Of a DNA stretch of 64,000 nucleotides, positions 60,540-64,000 are shown piece by piece (the stretch's first letter is position 1; every line of letters begins with the position of its first letter). The DNA is from Kondoa subrosea (taxonomy: Eukaryota): contig BCIN01000003.1 of NCBI GenBank assembly GCA_039545335.1, positions 1 through 64,000 on the forward strand, in the 5' to 3' direction. The notes beneath the pieces were generated by a model, which saw only the letters and a program-made list of their open reading frames with translations, had not been told where the DNA came from and did not search any database. The translations under genes were made by a program, and so were the position numbers.

Positions 60540-63071
60540 ATGTCTTCCGTTACATGTCCTCCTGTACCTCCGTGCGCATGCTCTGCTAGTCAGACGTGTG
60601 TGGTCATTCTGCGTTCTGGTGATACTTGTGGATCAAATGTATGTCAAGACATCAAAAAGTCGGGCGGAGGCAGCGCAGGAGCAACTGCAGGGCAAGCTAT
60701 AGGTGGTGCAGCAGCTGGTCTGCTAGTCGCTTTCCTTTTTTATTGGTTCTGGTGGAGGAAAAGGGATGCACGAAGGTCTGGGCCGCAATTGCCTGCTTCT
60801 CCTACGGTTGGTGCCAAGGTTCGCTTTGGTGCAGACACAAAGCAAGGTTCAGCACCTGCTCCTCGAAGGAGTCGCTTGATGAGCCGTCAAATTGGTGCCG
60901 AAGAGAAAGCTGTCTTGGAGAATGAAATCACCTCGGAAAAGCAAAGGCAGCAAGCAGACCAATCGGATTCACGCAAATCGCAACCTCTAGGTGCCCGCAA
61001 TCCTTTCGCCGACCGTCTTTCTTCTCAATCGCTGGACGAATCTTCTTGGGTCGCTGGTCATGATTCTAGCTTGATGCAACAGAACAGACCAGCTTCAGCC
61101 CACTCGTCGGACATCTCCTTCCGCTCCTCTCATTCTACTACCAACATTCCAATCGCTTACATCCCAGCTCATGCTAATTCTATGTCTGTCGTGGATGGCA
61201 ACGGTCTCGCCCGAAATAACTCAACTCGCTCGCAAACCACTGCTGCCCAAAAACGACTCACCATCACTAAGCCCGACTCTGACACTTCTGTTGCCGGTCA
61301 ACCTTCTCCAACTGGATCTTCTCGGTCTCCCAAGATTATTCCTCAAAGACCTACTCGAGATCCGCAACTGGATCTTCGCCTACCCAAAATGCCGTCGACT
61401 TCTTCAAGCGCTTCAAGCTTTGGCGTCTCTTCTAACCCGGCTTCTCCTAATGCTGAATCTCGCTTCTCCAGTTCAACAGTCGGAACTAATGGTCATCTGT
61501 CAGCCGATGACTCTTCCCTTTCTCTCGCTCCTCCACCTTTACCGAATCGCACGATTTCGACAATCTCTTCTGGTGGTTCTTCTGCTCATATGAGTGTCAT
61601 GTCGCACATGAGTTACATTCTCGATCCTCCCCAGGTATGTTCTTCTTCTGTTGTGCCATGGGGGAAATGTCAATATGTTGCATAGATTGTCACACAAGAC
61701 TCTGCCAGAGTTGCTGTTGTCGGAAGAAGCCAAGCTCGAGCAGTTCTCATGCCAAATACACCAGGTCAATCAGCTCAAGTGACCGAAACACTTCAGATCG
61801 GCACTAATGGCAACACAACTCGCGAAAGTATGGTCTCTTCTGCCAGCTCCGAAGATCCCTTTGCCGATGAAGTTTCAGCAGTCATTGGTCAATTCGGAAC
61901 AGATGGATTAGGAACACCCACTTTTGGCGGACCACCTCAGCAAAGCTACTTCTCGGCAGATCATACCAGAGGCGCGACTCCTTCGTCATCTTCATCTCGA
62001 CAGCATCATACATCCATGGCCTCGACCGCCGTCACTAGAAACAGCGCAGTCAGTCAACCGGGAGACGTGTCTCTGGACGACACGATCGACTTCGGACCGG
62101 TTGGACCTCACGCATCCATGATGTACGGTAATCACGGACCGACACCTGGCTTGTCGCAATTGGTCGAGCAAGAGCAGAATAGAAGAGATTCAGATTTGAG
62201 CATCTTTACTTCTACTACGCACAACGAAGCATCGAGAAGAGGCACAAAAGCTTACTCTGCCGCCCCATCCAACCACGATTCGATCTTAGATGGTGTCACT
62301 TTCATGGCTCCTCCTCCTTCTGCCGCTAGCTCTGCAGCAGGTATTTCCGCTGGTCATTTCCCTCCGACTCCTACTTCACCTTATTTCCCACTTCCACCTC
62401 CTCGATCTCCTTCGTCTAAAGCAGCAGCTCTTGCGACAGAGAAGAATCCCTTTGCCGATCCCAGTCAAAATAGCTTCGCATCAAATCAAGCTACTTTCGG
62501 TTCGGACGATTTAGATGATCTACCTTTACCTAATCGACCATTTGCATCTACTAATGCTGCAAGAGAATCCATTTCTTCAGCTATGTCAGGTCGATCAGGC
62601 TATGCAAGCGTCCTGGAAGACATTCCCTTCCAACTAGGTTTAGGGGGACCGAATTCGCAACGTGGATCTTTGGCCTATTCCGAGAATGGAGGACCTGACA
62701 ATCGAGCTAGTTTTGCTAGCTCTTATTTCGCTAGCGGAAGACCTGATTCCGATCAATACATCCCACCTGTGCCTAGTTTGCCAAGTCAACAATCTTTGGC
62801 TGCGATGACTGAAAGAGCTAGTGTTATCGTAGAGGATCAAGAGGGTGCACAAGAGATACCGATGGGAAGTCCTTCGCTGGATGAGGAAGCGCTCAAGACT
62901 GCTCGATTACAACCTCAGCAAGCAAAACAAGCGGATACTAGAGCTTCAGTGGATTCATTCATGCAGAGTAAGTAACTCTTGCTACAGTACTACTAGAGGA
63001 TGTAGCTGATCAGTCGAGGTACAGGCGCGATTCTGGCTAATCAATTCTCTGATTCATTACCTGATCCATAA
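60540..63071 (+). CDS. Opy2-like single-pass membrane anchor
   Basis: N-terminal Cys module CPPVPPCACSASQTCVVILRSGDTCGSNVC, a Gly-rich TM, WWRKR, TTNIPIAYIP, and a long disordered tail with NPF/DPF motifs. Confidence 0.72.
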
Positions 63072-63742
63072 GAAGTTTTCGCAAAAAAGGACAATTCATA
63101 ACAGTAAAAGAAGTGTAGTTAAGAATTGTGCGGGTGTACTTTGTAATAAGAGATATGTGCCTATTTATGCGAGATTTAGGGTTCGAGATTTCCGCATGAA
63201 TGTGCCACTGTGCACAATGTGCAGATGTGCATGGCTCATGTCTCTCCGCTATTTCGGCTTCAGACGTCGACCTGCAAGCAGTGAAAAGTTATACTAACCT
63301 TATTGGCTGCCACTTATACCATCTGTCAGCTTCAACAAGGCAGGGCAAAGATCAAAAACACACTCGATAGAACATCTTTTGAAAGTTGTTCGAGCGTAAA
63401 AGGCCAACCTTTGAAGGATAATCAAGGGCGCCCACACAAAAGAGTAGCGGCTATCTCAGCTGTACACAACAATCCTAGTGAATTCGGATCAAGCAAAGCT
63501 TGGATCTGGTGTTGTCATTCAGCAACATGGGAAAAGTAAAGGTTAGATAAGCTAGACAGTACATCAAAGGTGATGCTGAATTGGTACACACAGGCTATGA
63601 GGGATCTACAGCGTCGACAAGGTTAGCCTCACATTCTCTCTTTGGAAGGCTTCGATTCCAAAGTCATCAAGAACCATGCTCTGACATGCTGTTCTTTCCC
63701 CTCTTCTCTCTTTCTTCCCCTCTTGTATTGCATATAATACAA

Positions 63743-63904
63743 ATGGTCGGTCATCTCATTTTGCATTTGTTCAGATCTTTCTTCTTCCGCTGTTCAGCAA
63801 ACAAGTGCTGATGAGACTCGGCGAACGACTATAGCTTCGTCTACTGCTGTTCCTGTAGAAGCCTCAACTACTGCTGTTGATAATCAACAAACTACAACAC
63901 CCAG
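63743..63904 (+). CDS. Possible 5' exons of a gene running off the window end
   Basis: ATG after a pyrimidine-rich leader, a plausible intron ending TAG near 63834, and an open S/T-rich exon (SSTAVPVEASTTAVDNQQTTTP) ending at a GTAAG donor. Confidence 0.3.
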
Positions 63905-64000
63905 TAAGGGTCCTTTTTTTTCCCTCCTCGTTCTGGAATCGCGGCTATACCTCTATCGTGGGAACAATGTCTCTCTTCAGAATAGATTACTCATTATTGT

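Noticed and set aside
63165..63200. tRNA-like GGTTCGA motif
   Set aside because: No cloverleaf stems or A-box. Similar hexamers near 23756, 40474 and 53637 are also isolated.

Overview
Compact, intron-rich fungal genomic DNA, most consistent with a basidiomycete yeast (lineage is an inference from protein features and ~50-nt introns with micro-exons). About 32 protein-coding genes are supported; I rebuilt their boundaries by hand-splicing, so internal exon edges are approximate. Recognisable genes, in order: ATP11, a PAQR/IZH protein, a PA-RING E3 ligase, a Tom6-like protein, DBF4, a homeobox gene, SHE9, BRE1, TFB1, SEH1, an amino-acid permease, a C2H2 factor, a BAG co-chaperone, FMC1, ATP3, a siderophore transporter, an esterase, VTC4, a DUF2256-DUF3253 fusion, AP-1 sigma, a DAL5-family transporter, a TauD-like dioxygenase, MET30/scon-2, eIF1, aprataxin, an ABC1 kinase and an Opy2-like protein. 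The most interesting observations are: (1) a 20-bp tandem array at position 1 that may be a non-canonical telomere; (2) a transporter + dioxygenase + MET30 trio that may be a sulfur-scavenging cluster; (3) two separate tandem pairs of diverged, uncharacterised multi-pass membrane paralogs; (4) a cryptic homeodomain, visible only after splicing a 14-nt exon, with Arg in place of Asn51; (5) FMC1 head-to-head with ATP3. No tRNA, rRNA, CRISPR or intact transposon was found.
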